From a virus: DNA of 64,000 bases. This document shows positions 16,359 to 26,532 of the stretch, piece by piece (position 1 is the first letter of the stretch; each line of letters starts with the position of its first letter). Made by a program: the position numbers and the translations under genes. The stretch is taken from the IMG/VR virus record IMGVR_UViG_3300030117_004164, positions 7,216 through 71,215 of that record; one strand, written 5' to 3'. The notes under the pieces were generated by a model. The model had not been told where the DNA came from. It saw only the letters and a program-made list of their open reading frames with translations, and did not search any database.

Positions 16359-18551
16359 ATGAAACTACCACATGAAAAAGAATGGATACAAAACTTATTG
16401 AAACAAAGATACTATGGAAAGGATGAAAACACATGGCCGCAAGTATGCCAAAGAGTTGCAGATTTAGGAGAGACTCCTGAAGATAAAGCGGCTTTCTTTA
16501 ATTACTTGTTGAATTGTGATTTCTTACCAAATAGTCCAACATTGTTTAATGCAGGAACAGGCAAAGGTAATCTTTCTGCTTGTTATGTATTGCCAATGAA
16601 AGATAGTCTAAACCAAATTTTTGATACTGCTAAGAATACGGCACTAATTCATAAATTTGGTGGAGGAACAGGATTTGATTTTAGTAGACTACGGCCTGAA
16701 AATGCCGCAGTTGGTGGAACAAATCAAGTAGCATCAGGACCACTTTCATTTATGAGAGTTATTGATGCAAACACACAAGAAATCAAACAGGGTGGAAAAC
16801 GTCGTGGGGCTAATATGGCTGAACTGAGAATTGACCATCCTGATATTGTAAAGTTTATCAAGATGAAAACTGCTGATGATGGAACATTAACTAACTTTAA
16901 CATTAGTGTTAGTGTAACAGATGGATTTATGGAAAGGCTTCAAAAATTCCCTGATGATATTTGTACATTTCATTGGGGAGAATGGGATGATAACGGAATG
17001 TTAGTTCCATACGATTTCTTTATTAATAAAGAAACTGATGAGCCTTCTTGTGCAGAACTAGGATTAGGTGATTGGACTCTTGAAAATGAAGCATATTATT
17101 CTAATAAGGAAATTTGGGATTTGATTGCTCAATCAGCATGGGAATGTGCAGACCCTGGAATTATCTTTATTGATAGAATTAATGAACAAATGCCAGCGAA
17201 CTATTTAGCACATGAAGAATACCTGAAAGAAACAGGGGATGATTTGACTATACGCGCAACTAATCCCTGTGGTGAACAACCACTTCCTGATTATGGTTCA
17301 TGTAATCTTGTTGCCCTAAATCTAGGTAACTTCGTATCTAAGGGTAAAATGGATTGGAATAGGCTTCAAGAAGCAGTTAAGTATGCTTATCGTTTAGGCG
17401 AAGCAGTAATTGATAAGAATGTTTATCCTATTCCTGAAATCGAAAAGCATAGTCGAGCATATAGAAACATCGGTATTGGTGTTATGGGATATGCAGATGC
17501 CTGTATTCTAATGGGTATGCGTTATGGTGAAGAAGATGCTTTAGCCTTTGGTGAAGAAGTAATGAAGTTTATTTACAAATGGACATTTGTTGAATCAGTA
17601 GAATATGCTGAAAAGAAAGGTGCATTCAAAGGTTGGGAATATGGTGACTATAAACCATTAATTGATGGTAGACAATTACCACCTGAAACTCGCAAGAAGT
17701 ATAAGGTAACAGGTCTTAGAAACATTTGTTTAACCACTATTGCCCCAACAGGTTCTATTGGGTATATTGCAGATTGTTCCACAGGAATTGAGCCGTATTT
17801 TGCGGCGCGTGTGTTTAGAATAGACCAATCAAACCCTGAAGGCACTTGGATTACTACCCCATTGGCGGCACAATATCCTGAAGTATTCGTATCAGCACCA
17901 GAATTGGCTATTGATGCCCATATTGGTGTTCAAGCGGCATTTCAAAAGTGGGTTGATTCAGGAATCAGTAAGACAATTAACATGGATAATGATGTTACCG
18001 TTGAAGATGTTAAAAGAGCGTATATGCTTGCTTGGGAGAATAATTGTAAAGGTGTGACTATTTATCGTGATGGGTCAAAGTCAGTTCAAGTATTGAATAC
18101 TAGCGAAAGTAAAACTAAACCTAAAGATTTAGATGATATTAGTGAAGCCGTTAGATTCCGATTACCGGCTGAAGGTCTTGAGGATGAATACATTTACATT
18201 ACTGTATCACATTATGAGAATACACCTATTGAAATGTTCGTGAACTATCCGTATTTGAACCGACCTACGATTGAACACACTCAAAGGCGTGAACAGTTGG
18301 ATAGTATTTCTCGACTTATTTCAGTGGGTCTAAGGTATCATATCCCACTTGATAAGTTGATTGAACAATTAGAGAAGTCAAAGGGTTCTATGCGTGGAAC
18401 CGTTGCACAGATTTCAAACGTTCTAAAAGAATTTGCATCAAGAAGTGATGACCCCTATACTGAAACTTGTCATACTTGTGAAGATGGCAATATGGTATTT
18501 CAAGGTGGTTGTGCCACCTGCGATAAATGTGGACATTCTGAGTGTGGATAA
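16359..18551 (+). CDS. nrdJ: Class II (adenosylcobalamin-dependent) ribonucleotide reductase
   Basis: PNSPTLFNAG, SAC, GGGTG, NPCGEQ, TIAPTG, SKTIN; C-terminal TSCPD-like region and Zn ribbon; no beta-subunit gene seen. Confidence 0.9.
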   Translation: MKLPHEKEWIQNLLKQRYYGKDENTWPQVCQRVADLGETPEDKAAFFNYLLNCDFLPNSPTLFNAGTGKGNLSACYVLPMKDSLNQIFDTAKNTALIHKFGGGTGFDFSRLRPENAAVGGTNQVASGPLSFMRVIDANTQEIKQGGKRRGANMAELRIDHPDIVKFIKMKTADDGTLTNFNISVSVTDGFMERLQKFPDDICTFHWGEWDDNGMLVPYDFFINKETDEPSCAELGLGDWTLENEAYYSNKEIWDLIAQSAWECADPGIIFIDRINEQMPANYLAHEEYLKETGDDLTIRATNPCGEQPLPDYGSCNLVALNLGNFVSKGKMDWNRLQEAVKYAYRLGEAVIDKNVYPIPEIEKHSRAYRNIGIGVMGYADACILMGMRYGEEDALAFGEEVMKFIYKWTFVESVEYAEKKGAFKGWEYGDYKPLIDGRQLPPETRKKYKVTGLRNICLTTIAPTGSIGYIADCSTGIEPYFAARVFRIDQSNPEGTWITTPLAAQYPEVFVSAPELAIDAHIGVQAAFQKWVDSGISKTINMDNDVTVEDVKRAYMLAWENNCKGVTIYRDGSKSVQVLNTSESKTKPKDLDDISEAVRFRLPAEGLEDEYIYITVSHYENTPIEMFVNYPYLNRPTIEHTQRREQLDSISRLISVGLRYHIPLDKLIEQLEKSKGSMRGTVAQISNVLKEFASRSDDPYTETCHTCEDGNMVFQGGCATCDKCGHSECG

Positions 18552-18841
18552 TCATGTGGTGGAAGAATAGATTCAAAGATTGGGATATGTTTGAGGCTAT
18601 AATTTGGGATATGGTAAGCCAAGGAATGTTTACTGAAGGGGAGTTTGTATTAGAAGTTTTAGAAAACGCGACAAACTTTACCACCATTACTAGTGACCGT
18701 ATAGATTTTACACTAACTAGAATACTTGATGGGTTTAAGTTCCCATCTAATAAATTTGCATATACCTATTTTTTGGCTATTGCGTCTAAAATAGAGGATA
18801 AGATAGATTACTACAACAAGAATCCGGAGGAAGAAGAATGA
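18542..18841 (+). CDS. Hypothetical protein
   Basis: ORF track. Confidence 0.6.
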   Translation: MWIIMWWKNRFKDWDMFEAIIWDMVSQGMFTEGEFVLEVLENATNFTTITSDRIDFTLTRILDGFKFPSNKFAYTYFLAIASKIEDKIDYYNKNPEEEE

Positions 18842-19122
18842 TAACTGATGAGAGATATTTTAATTTAAATGAGATGAAAAAGAGTGAACTAATTACAGCG
18901 TGGAAAGACTATGTTTTTCCAAATAGAAAGAGAGGTGGCATAATTAAAATGAATGGGTTTTCAAAAGAATCCATTGGTAGCGATATGTCACAACACCGTC
19001 CCAAAATTGGGGATGATGAATATACTTGGGGAGAAATAGAATCATATCCTGAAGATATGGTTCGTATCCTTTTTTACCAACAATTGAGTGCGGTAAACGT
19101 AGTCAAGGGTGAAGAAGAATGA
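18838..19122 (+). CDS. Hypothetical protein
   Basis: ATGA coupling. Confidence 0.6.
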   Translation: MITDERYFNLNEMKKSELITAWKDYVFPNRKRGGIIKMNGFSKESIGSDMSQHRPKIGDDEYTWGEIESYPEDMVRILFYQQLSAVNVVKGEEE

Positions 19123-19282
19123 GTAAAGACCCTGAATATGTTAAAAGCCCAAAATCATATATGAAAAGGGTAGCCACTAGATGTAGAATTTGTGGCAAAC
19201 AATTACTCGACCCTGCCGAGTCTAAGCAGGAATATCACAATAAGTGTATAAAAAAATATAAAACAAAAACGAGAGGATTTAG

Positions 19283-20494
19283 ATGAATGACAGAGAAATA
19301 ATACACATATATTCACCTGACGATTCAGGTAAATATCATAATGTACAAATTAGCACACAAGGAGATAATATGACATATACTAATTCTAGATACAGTTGGG
19401 TGAATTATACTAGAAGTAATGCTATTTATCCATCACGACATAGAAACGCTACTGAACCAACAATTGCTGCGATTAAATCATGGTTGCAGGGTTATTTGGG
19501 TTGGGGTGCAAAGAATAGACCATACTTTGACGGTTGGTTTATTATTCATAAAGGAATGGAACAGGCTAAAATTTATTGTTCTAAGTTGAATACTACATAT
19601 TCTGTTCAAGGTATGTCAACTAGTAAAGATACGGCATTAACCGCATTATCTAGAACACTATATCGTGCGTGTTTTACTGACGATACTGATGAATTAGTCA
19701 ATTACTGCTTTAAGCATATTCTATTGCCAGAAAATGTTTCGTATGCTTTAGAAAATCGTGCGCCTTATCATTGGTATAAGAAGGGTGTAAAAGTTGATGT
19801 TAGGTTTAATGTAAAAATGATTGGACCCGATGAATGTGCTATGGAAATTTCAGATGGGGTTTGGGCAGCAATTTCAGCAAAGAGCCTTAATACTTACATG
19901 AATTATTATTGGAAGAATCAAAAGAGTTCTTCTTGGGCAAAATCTAGATTGACTCCTAAGAAATTATGGACTCGTCTACTTAAAACTGAACCAACGGAAG
20001 GCCAAGTAAAAATGATGATTGCTTTCTTGGAACAAAATAGAACAGATGATTTAGTTCAGAAAAGAGCATATCAATTAGTTAAGGATATGGAGGCTCAATA
20101 TGAGGGCCGTCTTAGAGTATTTTGGGATAATGATAAAGTTGCGGCTATGTTGGTTCGAGGTAAAATTGCAGATTGGGTGATTACTGATAATCAATACAAA
20201 ACTGATATTCAGGCAGTATCTACCTTTGTGTTTAAAAAGATTAACGGACCAGTTAACTTTTTTGACGGAGAATTGGCAGGTCCAATTTGTATTGATAATA
20301 TGACTAAGAACTCATCTGTTGGTGACCAATTTGCTGCGAGGGCATTTGCTTTACTTAATGATAACTTAACTGTAAATCTTGTCAGCACGATTAAACATTA
20401 TTTGAATGATGAGCATTATGAAAATCAGATTGAGGCAAGAATCATGTTTGATGATGTAACACTAAAAGATTTAACAGAGGTGCTAGGTAAATGA
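19283..20494 (+). CDS. Hypothetical 403-aa protein with C-terminal GPICID...GDQFAARAFALLND motif
   Basis: ORF track. Confidence 0.75.
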   Translation: MNDREIIHIYSPDDSGKYHNVQISTQGDNMTYTNSRYSWVNYTRSNAIYPSRHRNATEPTIAAIKSWLQGYLGWGAKNRPYFDGWFIIHKGMEQAKIYCSKLNTTYSVQGMSTSKDTALTALSRTLYRACFTDDTDELVNYCFKHILLPENVSYALENRAPYHWYKKGVKVDVRFNVKMIGPDECAMEISDGVWAAISAKSLNTYMNYYWKNQKSSSWAKSRLTPKKLWTRLLKTEPTEGQVKMMIAFLEQNRTDDLVQKRAYQLVKDMEAQYEGRLRVFWDNDKVAAMLVRGKIADWVITDNQYKTDIQAVSTFVFKKINGPVNFFDGELAGPICIDNMTKNSSVGDQFAARAFALLNDNLTVNLVSTIKHYLNDEHYENQIEARIMFDDVTLKDLTEVLGK

Positions 20495-20663
20495 AATTAC
20501 CAACAGGATTAGACCCTAACAAAGTTAGAAAGATAATCAAAGCCATAGTTATCTGTGAAGATGAAGAAACTTGGCTAGAGACAGAAAAAGATATTAGAGA
20601 ACTATTATCTATGTTGTCTAATGTGAAAAGGCAAGCAACAATTATTGAAATGGAGGATGTAGA

Positions 20664-21632
20664 ATGAAAGAAGATATAATTAAATGTTCTGAATGTAATT
20701 CGAGAGAATTAAGTGTAGATGCTAATTCAGGTGAAACTTATTGTGAAGAATGTGGATTAGTATTAGAAGAAAATATATTTGAAGAAACAAGTGCGGGAAG
20801 AGAAAAAGATAGTGACCCTCAAAGTGATAGAACACATAATCCTAATAGAGTAGGATTTACTTTAGGAAGTATGGTTGGAACCACTAATGTAGATGGCAGT
20901 AAAGATAGGTCACAAACGGGTAGAACATTACGAAGATTGAATCAACGTGTGTCTATGAAAAGTCATGAAAAAAATAGAAGCAAAGGGTTTGCATTAGTAA
21001 CTATGTTAGTGAGTGAATTTGTTTCTTCTCCGGCATTTAGGGAACAAGCGGTATGGAATTACAAAAGAATACATGATAATCAAGTGTTAAAGGGTATGTC
21101 TTTAGAGACTAGAGCCGCCGCAGTAGTCTATTATACTTTTAAGGAAAATGGTATCTCTAGGACTATTGAGGAAATTTGTAGAAAAAATATGTCTCACCCT
21201 AGACAAGTAGCAAAATGTGCTAGAAGAATAGCAACTTTCTTTAGGAAACCTTGGATTCTTTCCCAAAAAAATATTGACCAAGATGTTGAAAAGTATTGTT
21301 CACAGTTAGGGGTGAATAGGTTATTTACTACATCAGCAATTAAACTAACATCTTTAATGCACAATATTGCTGAACAAAGATATATGAATGTAAACTCTGG
21401 TTTTACTGCTGCCTGTATTTATTTGACAGGAATTTTACTAACCCCAACTGTTGCCCCTAGAACTCAAATGGAAATTTCTAACGCGTTAAATATTACTGAA
21501 GTTACGCTTAGAACAAATCTAAGAAAGGCACTAAAGATGGTTGATAGAAGAAAAGAAAATTTACCTAATATGAGTTATGATGAATTTATGGAAGGAGTGT
21601 ATAGAATATGTCCAAAGGAAGAAGAAGAGTGA
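20664..21632 (+). CDS. tfb: Transcription factor B (TFIIB family)
   Basis: N-terminal Zn ribbon CSEC...GETYCEECGLVL; two cyclin repeats (AAAVVY, RTIEEI; AACIYL, RTQMEIS...ITEVTLR). Confidence 0.9.
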   Translation: MKEDIIKCSECNSRELSVDANSGETYCEECGLVLEENIFEETSAGREKDSDPQSDRTHNPNRVGFTLGSMVGTTNVDGSKDRSQTGRTLRRLNQRVSMKSHEKNRSKGFALVTMLVSEFVSSPAFREQAVWNYKRIHDNQVLKGMSLETRAAAVVYYTFKENGISRTIEEICRKNMSHPRQVAKCARRIATFFRKPWILSQKNIDQDVEKYCSQLGVNRLFTTSAIKLTSLMHNIAEQRYMNVNSGFTAACIYLTGILLTPTVAPRTQMEISNALNITEVTLRTNLRKALKMVDRRKENLPNMSYDEFMEGVYRICPKEEEE

Positions 21633-22177
21633 TGATAATTGGTGCAGGTGGAATTGGTAGTTATTTGATTCCGCTACTTGATAAAACGATGGTCTATGAT
21701 ATGACAGTTATGGACCCTGATAATGTTGAAAAGAAAAATTTGACTTATCAAAATTTCAAGGAAAAAGAGAACGGAATGAACAAAGCGTCAGTAATGAATT
21801 GGAACTATGATAGTGTCAAGCATTTTAGTCCCTATCCAGTTTTGACTGAAAAGCAAATCAAGAGTTTTGATTTAGTAATTTGTTGTGCAGATAATTTAGA
21901 TGTGCGAAGATTGCTTTATCGTTCAAATATACCTTGGTTAGATTTGAGGGCGCAAGGTAGAAATTGTGCATATATTTCATATCGTGCTGATAAGAACAAA
22001 CATGATACTTTATTGGCAGGGCCAGATGGTTCATTTAGTTGTCAAGGTAATTCATGGGATGGTTCAACAGAAGGACAACATTTTTCTCATATAATTGCCG
22101 CAGGTATGGGTGCTGAATGGATTCACCGATATTTTGCAAAAGATGATGTAGCAGATTTTAAGGTTGTGAATGTATGA
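21608..22177 (+). CDS. ThiF/MoeB/E1-like adenylyltransferase
   Basis: IIGAGGIGS, DPDNVEKKNLTYQ, NKA, DLVICCADN..VR. Confidence 0.88.
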   Translation: MSKGRRRVMIIGAGGIGSYLIPLLDKTMVYDMTVMDPDNVEKKNLTYQNFKEKENGMNKASVMNWNYDSVKHFSPYPVLTEKQIKSFDLVICCADNLDVRRLLYRSNIPWLDLRAQGRNCAYISYRADKNKHDTLLAGPDGSFSCQGNSWDGSTEGQHFSHIIAAGMGAEWIHRYFAKDDVADFKVVNV

Positions 22178-22426
22178 GTATGATGGATGAAACAAATGTT
22201 CTATTAGAGAAGTTAAATGTTTTGATAGAAAAAACAAATAGAATTATTATTACAGTCAATGTGGTAAACATTATTACATTGTGTGTATTGTTAATGGTGG
22301 TATTGAGATGAACGAGTATCAAATAAACCCATGTTATGTGTGTGGTGAACATATGCTGTATTTATGGACAATGATGCCCGTTTGTGTAAATAAGAAATGT
22401 GAAAAATATAAGATTGAGGTGAAAAG

Positions 22427-22654
22427 ATGACACTTAAAGGATTAGGAAGAATAACTAAGTTAGTTAAATATGAATGTGAAAAGTGTAATAAGATTTGGAG
22501 TTTGACTCCTGAATTTATTATAGTAGGAAATGGCCCAATATTTTGTGGCTTTGATAGTAGAGGTAGAAAACTATGGAGACAAGAAGGACACTGTTCTTGT
22601 GGGGTTCCATTCAACTACCCAAAGAAAACAATTGATGAAGTACGAGGTGATTAA
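22427..22654 (+). CDS. Small Zn-binding protein (CxxC...CxC)
   Basis: ORF track. Confidence 0.55.
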   Translation: MTLKGLGRITKLVKYECEKCNKIWSLTPEFIIVGNGPIFCGFDSRGRKLWRQEGHCSCGVPFNYPKKTIDEVRGD

Positions 22655-22855
22655 ATGAAAGAAGTTTTTATAGCAAAAAATGGTCGTCCTTATGTTAAGG
22701 ATGAATCTGGAAAGGTGCGCTTTATTAGTAGCGCAGAATGGCAAGAATACCAAAACAACAAAGAGGCATCAAACTATGGTAAGTATTTATTTTATACCAT
22801 TATGGCTGTTTTGTTTACTGTATTGGTAACAAATAGGGTAGGTGAATATTTATGA
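22655..22855 (+). CDS. Small membrane protein
   Basis: C-terminal hydrophobic segment. Confidence 0.55.
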   Translation: MKEVFIAKNGRPYVKDESGKVRFISSAEWQEYQNNKEASNYGKYLFYTIMAVLFTVLVTNRVGEYL

Positions 22856-23310
22856 TTTCAAGTGATAGTATTGTAGTAATGTTAGCAGATTGGGAAGAGC
22901 AGATTAAAAATGCTTGGGCTGATGGTAACTTTAATTATACAGATGAGAATTTCTTAGATGTTATTTGGGAAATGAGTTTAACTGCATTTGATATGGGTAG
23001 AGAAGTCCAAGTAGTTATTGATGGAAAAATGAATATTTATATTTCTGCGGGAGACCCAGGATTTGTTTGGTTTAAGGAACCTCCTGTTGGAATGTCTTTA
23101 CCTATTGAATGTTGGATTCATACTCATCCATTTGGTCAAGCGTATTTTTCAGGAACAGATTGGAACACAATTAATACATGGGAACCTGTAATGAATCACG
23201 CTATCGTTCTTGGTGATAATGAATCAATGGAATGGATTAAAGGTTTAGAACATACTATGTTTTATAAGAAAGTAGATATTCCAAATTGGGTGCGAGGTGA
23301 AGAAGAATGA
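22852..23310 (+). CDS. JAB/MPN+ (JAMM) metalloprotease
   Basis: GRE...HTHPFGQAYFSGTD is an exact E...HxHx7Sx2D motif. Confidence 0.88.
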   Translation: MISSDSIVVMLADWEEQIKNAWADGNFNYTDENFLDVIWEMSLTAFDMGREVQVVIDGKMNIYISAGDPGFVWFKEPPVGMSLPIECWIHTHPFGQAYFSGTDWNTINTWEPVMNHAIVLGDNESMEWIKGLEHTMFYKKVDIPNWVRGEEE

Positions 23311-23609
23311 GGTGTCCCATGTGTGGTGCAAATATGCGAGAAGAACATGATAGAAGTTATGACGGCAGACAAGTCCAATTTGTTTATTTTTGGAAATGTC
23401 GAAAATGTGGTTATTCCCACAATGAAAGTGGTGGTTGGAATGAATATTGATTTAGTGAAAGAAGTAGCAAATAGAGTGAGTGATGAGGATTCTGTAATTC
23501 TCTGGGACATTCTAAAAAAGACACGTACTGAAGATTGGTGGAATTTACATGAAGATACACTTTATCAATTGTGTCTTAAAATGTTAGAAGATATGGAGCG
23601 TGAGCAAGA

Positions 23610-23846
23610 ATGAGAGCGTATGGACATTGGGTAATCTTAAAACACTTTGAAGAAAAGACAGTATCAGGAATCATTAGTAACGAAGGTGCGGCTATGGAAG
23701 TTGTATCAATTGGTGAACAATGTCCTGAAGAATTTAAAACTTTGATTGGTAAAAAAACTTACTACAAACCTAGTAGGTCGGCACTACCTATGAATGGATA
23801 TATTTGTATTCATTGGCAAGATGTAACATATTCGGAGGAATTATGA
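23610..23846 (+). CDS. groES: GroES-like co-chaperonin
   Basis: MRAYGHWVILK..EEKTVSGII...EVVSIG matches the GroES N-terminus and mobile loop; directly upstream of groEL. Confidence 0.7.
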   Translation: MRAYGHWVILKHFEEKTVSGIISNEGAAMEVVSIGEQCPEEFKTLIGKKTYYKPSRSALPMNGYICIHWQDVTYSEEL

Positions 23847-25393
23847 TGGCAGAAATTTTATTTGATGAAGATGCAAGAAACAAACTTATGGAAGGAATTA
23901 ATTTAGTGGCAAATACAATTAGATGTACTTTAGGTCCACAGGCAAGAACCGTAGTAATTAAGCAAAATGGTAAACCTGTTGTAATTAACGATGGTGTAAC
24001 AATTGCTAAGGCTATCAAATCTGATGATGAATTTGTACAAATGGGTGTAGAATTAATGCAAGCAGTTGCTTCACAAGCCCAAGAAAATAGCGGTGATGGT
24101 ACAACAACTGCTACAATTATGGCACAACAATTATGTTACTATGGTTTAAATGCTGTACAATCTGGAGAAAATCCTGTTACACTAAAGAAACAATTAGATG
24201 CTGATGTTAGAACGGTATTGACTAGGCTAGATAAAATGTCTACTCAAATTCAAGACCGCGAACAATTAGAAAGCGTTGCTACTATCGCCGCAAACAATGA
24301 TTCTAAACTAGGAGAATTAATTGCTGATATTGTAGATAAGGTTGGACGAGATGGTATTATTTCAATTGAAGATGGTCAAAGTTTAGATACTACTTTTGAT
24401 ATTATTGAGGGTATGGAATTAGACTCAGGGTATATGAGTCATCTTATGATTAATAATGAAGAAGGAACGCACTGTGAATTTGAAGATTGTTTGGTTCTTA
24501 TGTCTAATGAGAAAATCAATAACTTTCAGGAATTACTTCCTGCTCTTGAAATCTCAATGGCAGAAAAGAAACCACTATTGATTATGTGTAAAGAACTTGA
24601 AGGGACAGCATTCCCAAATTTATTGGCGAATGTGGCAAACAAGATTATCAATGCTTGTGCTATTAAGACTCCTGATTTTGGAGATGAGCAAATTGAAATT
24701 CTGAAGGATATTCAATCAATGATTGGAGGTACTGTATTCAATGCTGACCTTGGAGATAAGATTTCTGAGGTTAAGTTGGAAGATTTAGGAGTAGTTACCA
24801 AAATTAAAATTGGTCGAAGTAATAGCACATTGATTCACGATGCAACTATTGAACAAAGCGAAAAAATTACTGCTCGCGCTAAAGAATTATCTAACCAAAT
24901 GGAAGCACAAACTAATGAGTGGTTTAAAGAAAAATTACATAAGCGAATAGGTAGACTTTTGGGTGGAGTAGCATTAATTAAAGTTGGTGGTTCAACTGAG
25001 ATTGAAATTCGTGAAACCACAGAAAGATTAGATGATGCCTTAAATGCAACAAGAGCGGCACTTCAAGAAGGAATTGTTGTTGGTGGTGGATTGGCACTTT
25101 GGAATTGTGTTGATGGTGAAATGCTTAGTATGCTAAGGTCGGCTTTGAAATCACCACTTCAACAATTGGCTGAAAATTCTGGACACGATTTAAATTATGC
25201 GAGTTTGTCAATTCGTGATGGCTATGACGCCAAAGAAAATTGTTACACAGATATGTGGGAAGCAGGAATTTTAGACCCCGTTAAAATCACAAAAAGTGCA
25301 TTGGTTACTGCGGCTTCAATTGCTGGATTAGTTTTGACAACTGAAGTTTTAGTTGGTTCTGATGATGAAGAAGAGGTGCAATTTTATGGCTGA
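23843..25393 (+). CDS. groEL: Group I chaperonin GroEL/Cpn60
   Basis: TLGP, NDGVTIAK, GDGTTT, AANND, GGVALIKVG, DALNATRAA, GILDP; lacks the GGM tail. Confidence 0.93.
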   Translation: MMAEILFDEDARNKLMEGINLVANTIRCTLGPQARTVVIKQNGKPVVINDGVTIAKAIKSDDEFVQMGVELMQAVASQAQENSGDGTTTATIMAQQLCYYGLNAVQSGENPVTLKKQLDADVRTVLTRLDKMSTQIQDREQLESVATIAANNDSKLGELIADIVDKVGRDGIISIEDGQSLDTTFDIIEGMELDSGYMSHLMINNEEGTHCEFEDCLVLMSNEKINNFQELLPALEISMAEKKPLLIMCKELEGTAFPNLLANVANKIINACAIKTPDFGDEQIEILKDIQSMIGGTVFNADLGDKISEVKLEDLGVVTKIKIGRSNSTLIHDATIEQSEKITARAKELSNQMEAQTNEWFKEKLHKRIGRLLGGVALIKVGGSTEIEIRETTERLDDALNATRAALQEGIVVGGGLALWNCVDGEMLSMLRSALKSPLQQLAENSGHDLNYASLSIRDGYDAKENCYTDMWEAGILDPVKITKSALVTAASIAGLVLTTEVLVGSDDEEEVQFYG

Positions 25394-25628
25394 TGATTTT
25401 GATGTGAGAGGAAGAATTCCAAGAACAGCAACAGAAGAAATAAAAGTGAAAACAGGAAAGTATTGGAATATTCCTATTGTGGATATTCGTTGGCACAAAG
25501 ATGACAAGCCAACAAGAAAAGGTATTAGAATTAACATGAATGAATTAAACCATTTGGTAAATATATTAGGGAGGATTAGAGATGGTGAGCGAACAAGAAA
25601 TAGTGAGAACAATCAAGAAAACGAATAA
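25386..25628 (+). CDS. PC4/YdbC-like ssDNA-binding protein
   Basis: VDIRWH..DKPTRKGIRI...EL matches the PC4 fold signature. Confidence 0.75.
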   Translation: MADDFDVRGRIPRTATEEIKVKTGKYWNIPIVDIRWHKDDKPTRKGIRINMNELNHLVNILGRIRDGERTRNSENNQENE

Positions 25629-25827
25629 GACTGAACAGTGGACTTCTGAAGCCAAAAAAGTATTTAAAAATAACATTGAATCGTTGATGGTATTTTTAGC
25701 AGAACGGTCCATTAATATCAAAGAAGATAGATGGGATAAAAGCCAAAAGCGAGTGATTAGTAATGACGTAAATGCAGCATTTGGTCAAATTTGGCCGGAA
25801 TTATTTACAGGTGATAATAATGAATGA
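25582..25827 (+). CDS. Putative histone-fold protein
   Basis: IVRTIK...TSEAK...LAERS...KRVISNDVNAA resembles the archaeal histone RxIK...SxxA...RKTIxxEDIxxA pattern. Confidence 0.5.
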   Translation: MVSEQEIVRTIKKTNKTEQWTSEAKKVFKNNIESLMVFLAERSINIKEDRWDKSQKRVISNDVNAAFGQIWPELFTGDNNE

Positions 25828-26050
25828 GATTAATTTTCAAGAACTATTGCAGGGCATCCAAGATGCAGAAGTACACATAACAGAACAAACAGGCCAAACT
25901 ATGGAAGAATTGCTTATGACTCATTATGAATCATTACCATTCGCTTTAGGGCATATGTTGGGAATGCGAGATTGTTTAACTATTGTGCAAAATATGCTTC
26001 TTGGTATTCTAGACCCTGAAATCCAAAGAATGGCGGAGGAAGAAGAATGA
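25820..26050 (+). CDS. Hypothetical protein (probable start MNEINF)
   Basis: ORF track; GGTGA SD. Confidence 0.6.
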   Translation: MNEINFQELLQGIQDAEVHITEQTGQTMEELLMTHYESLPFALGHMLGMRDCLTIVQNMLLGILDPEIQRMAEEEE

Positions 26051-26162
26051 TGGGAAAATGTGAAAAATGTGGAGAATTAACAGAATGGTTTCGTGAATGT
26101 GGATGGGTTCATGTATATGATACAGAATGTCTTGAATTTAGACTGAACGAGAAGGTGGTAGA

Positions 26163-26456
26163 ATGACACAATGGTTGAGAAAAAAAATCATTTCGATTAT
26201 GGGAAATGTATATGTTTGGTTAGATAAAGGACTAGAACATGAAACAGAAGAAATTCTTGGAGTCCGTATTGATATGGACTTACAACAAAAATCAAGACGA
26301 GAATTGTGTCGCCATATTGAAAATAAATTTGGTTGGGATGAAGATTCTTTTTGGAATTTAGAGTCCACACAAAAAATTAGATTGTGTTGTCAAAAGGCTA
26401 GGCAAATGCAATATATTAATGAAAAGCCTAAGTTAAGTAAAAAGGTGTTAAAATGA
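26163..26456 (+). CDS. Hypothetical protein
   Basis: ORF track. Confidence 0.6.
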   Translation: MTQWLRKKIISIMGNVYVWLDKGLEHETEEILGVRIDMDLQQKSRRELCRHIENKFGWDEDSFWNLESTQKIRLCCQKARQMQYINEKPKLSKKVLK

Positions 26457-26532
26457 GTGATGCTTATTGGTGTATAATGTTTGTTTGGATAATGTTTGCA
26501 CTATTTATATTAAATGATTGGAGGAAGATGGA

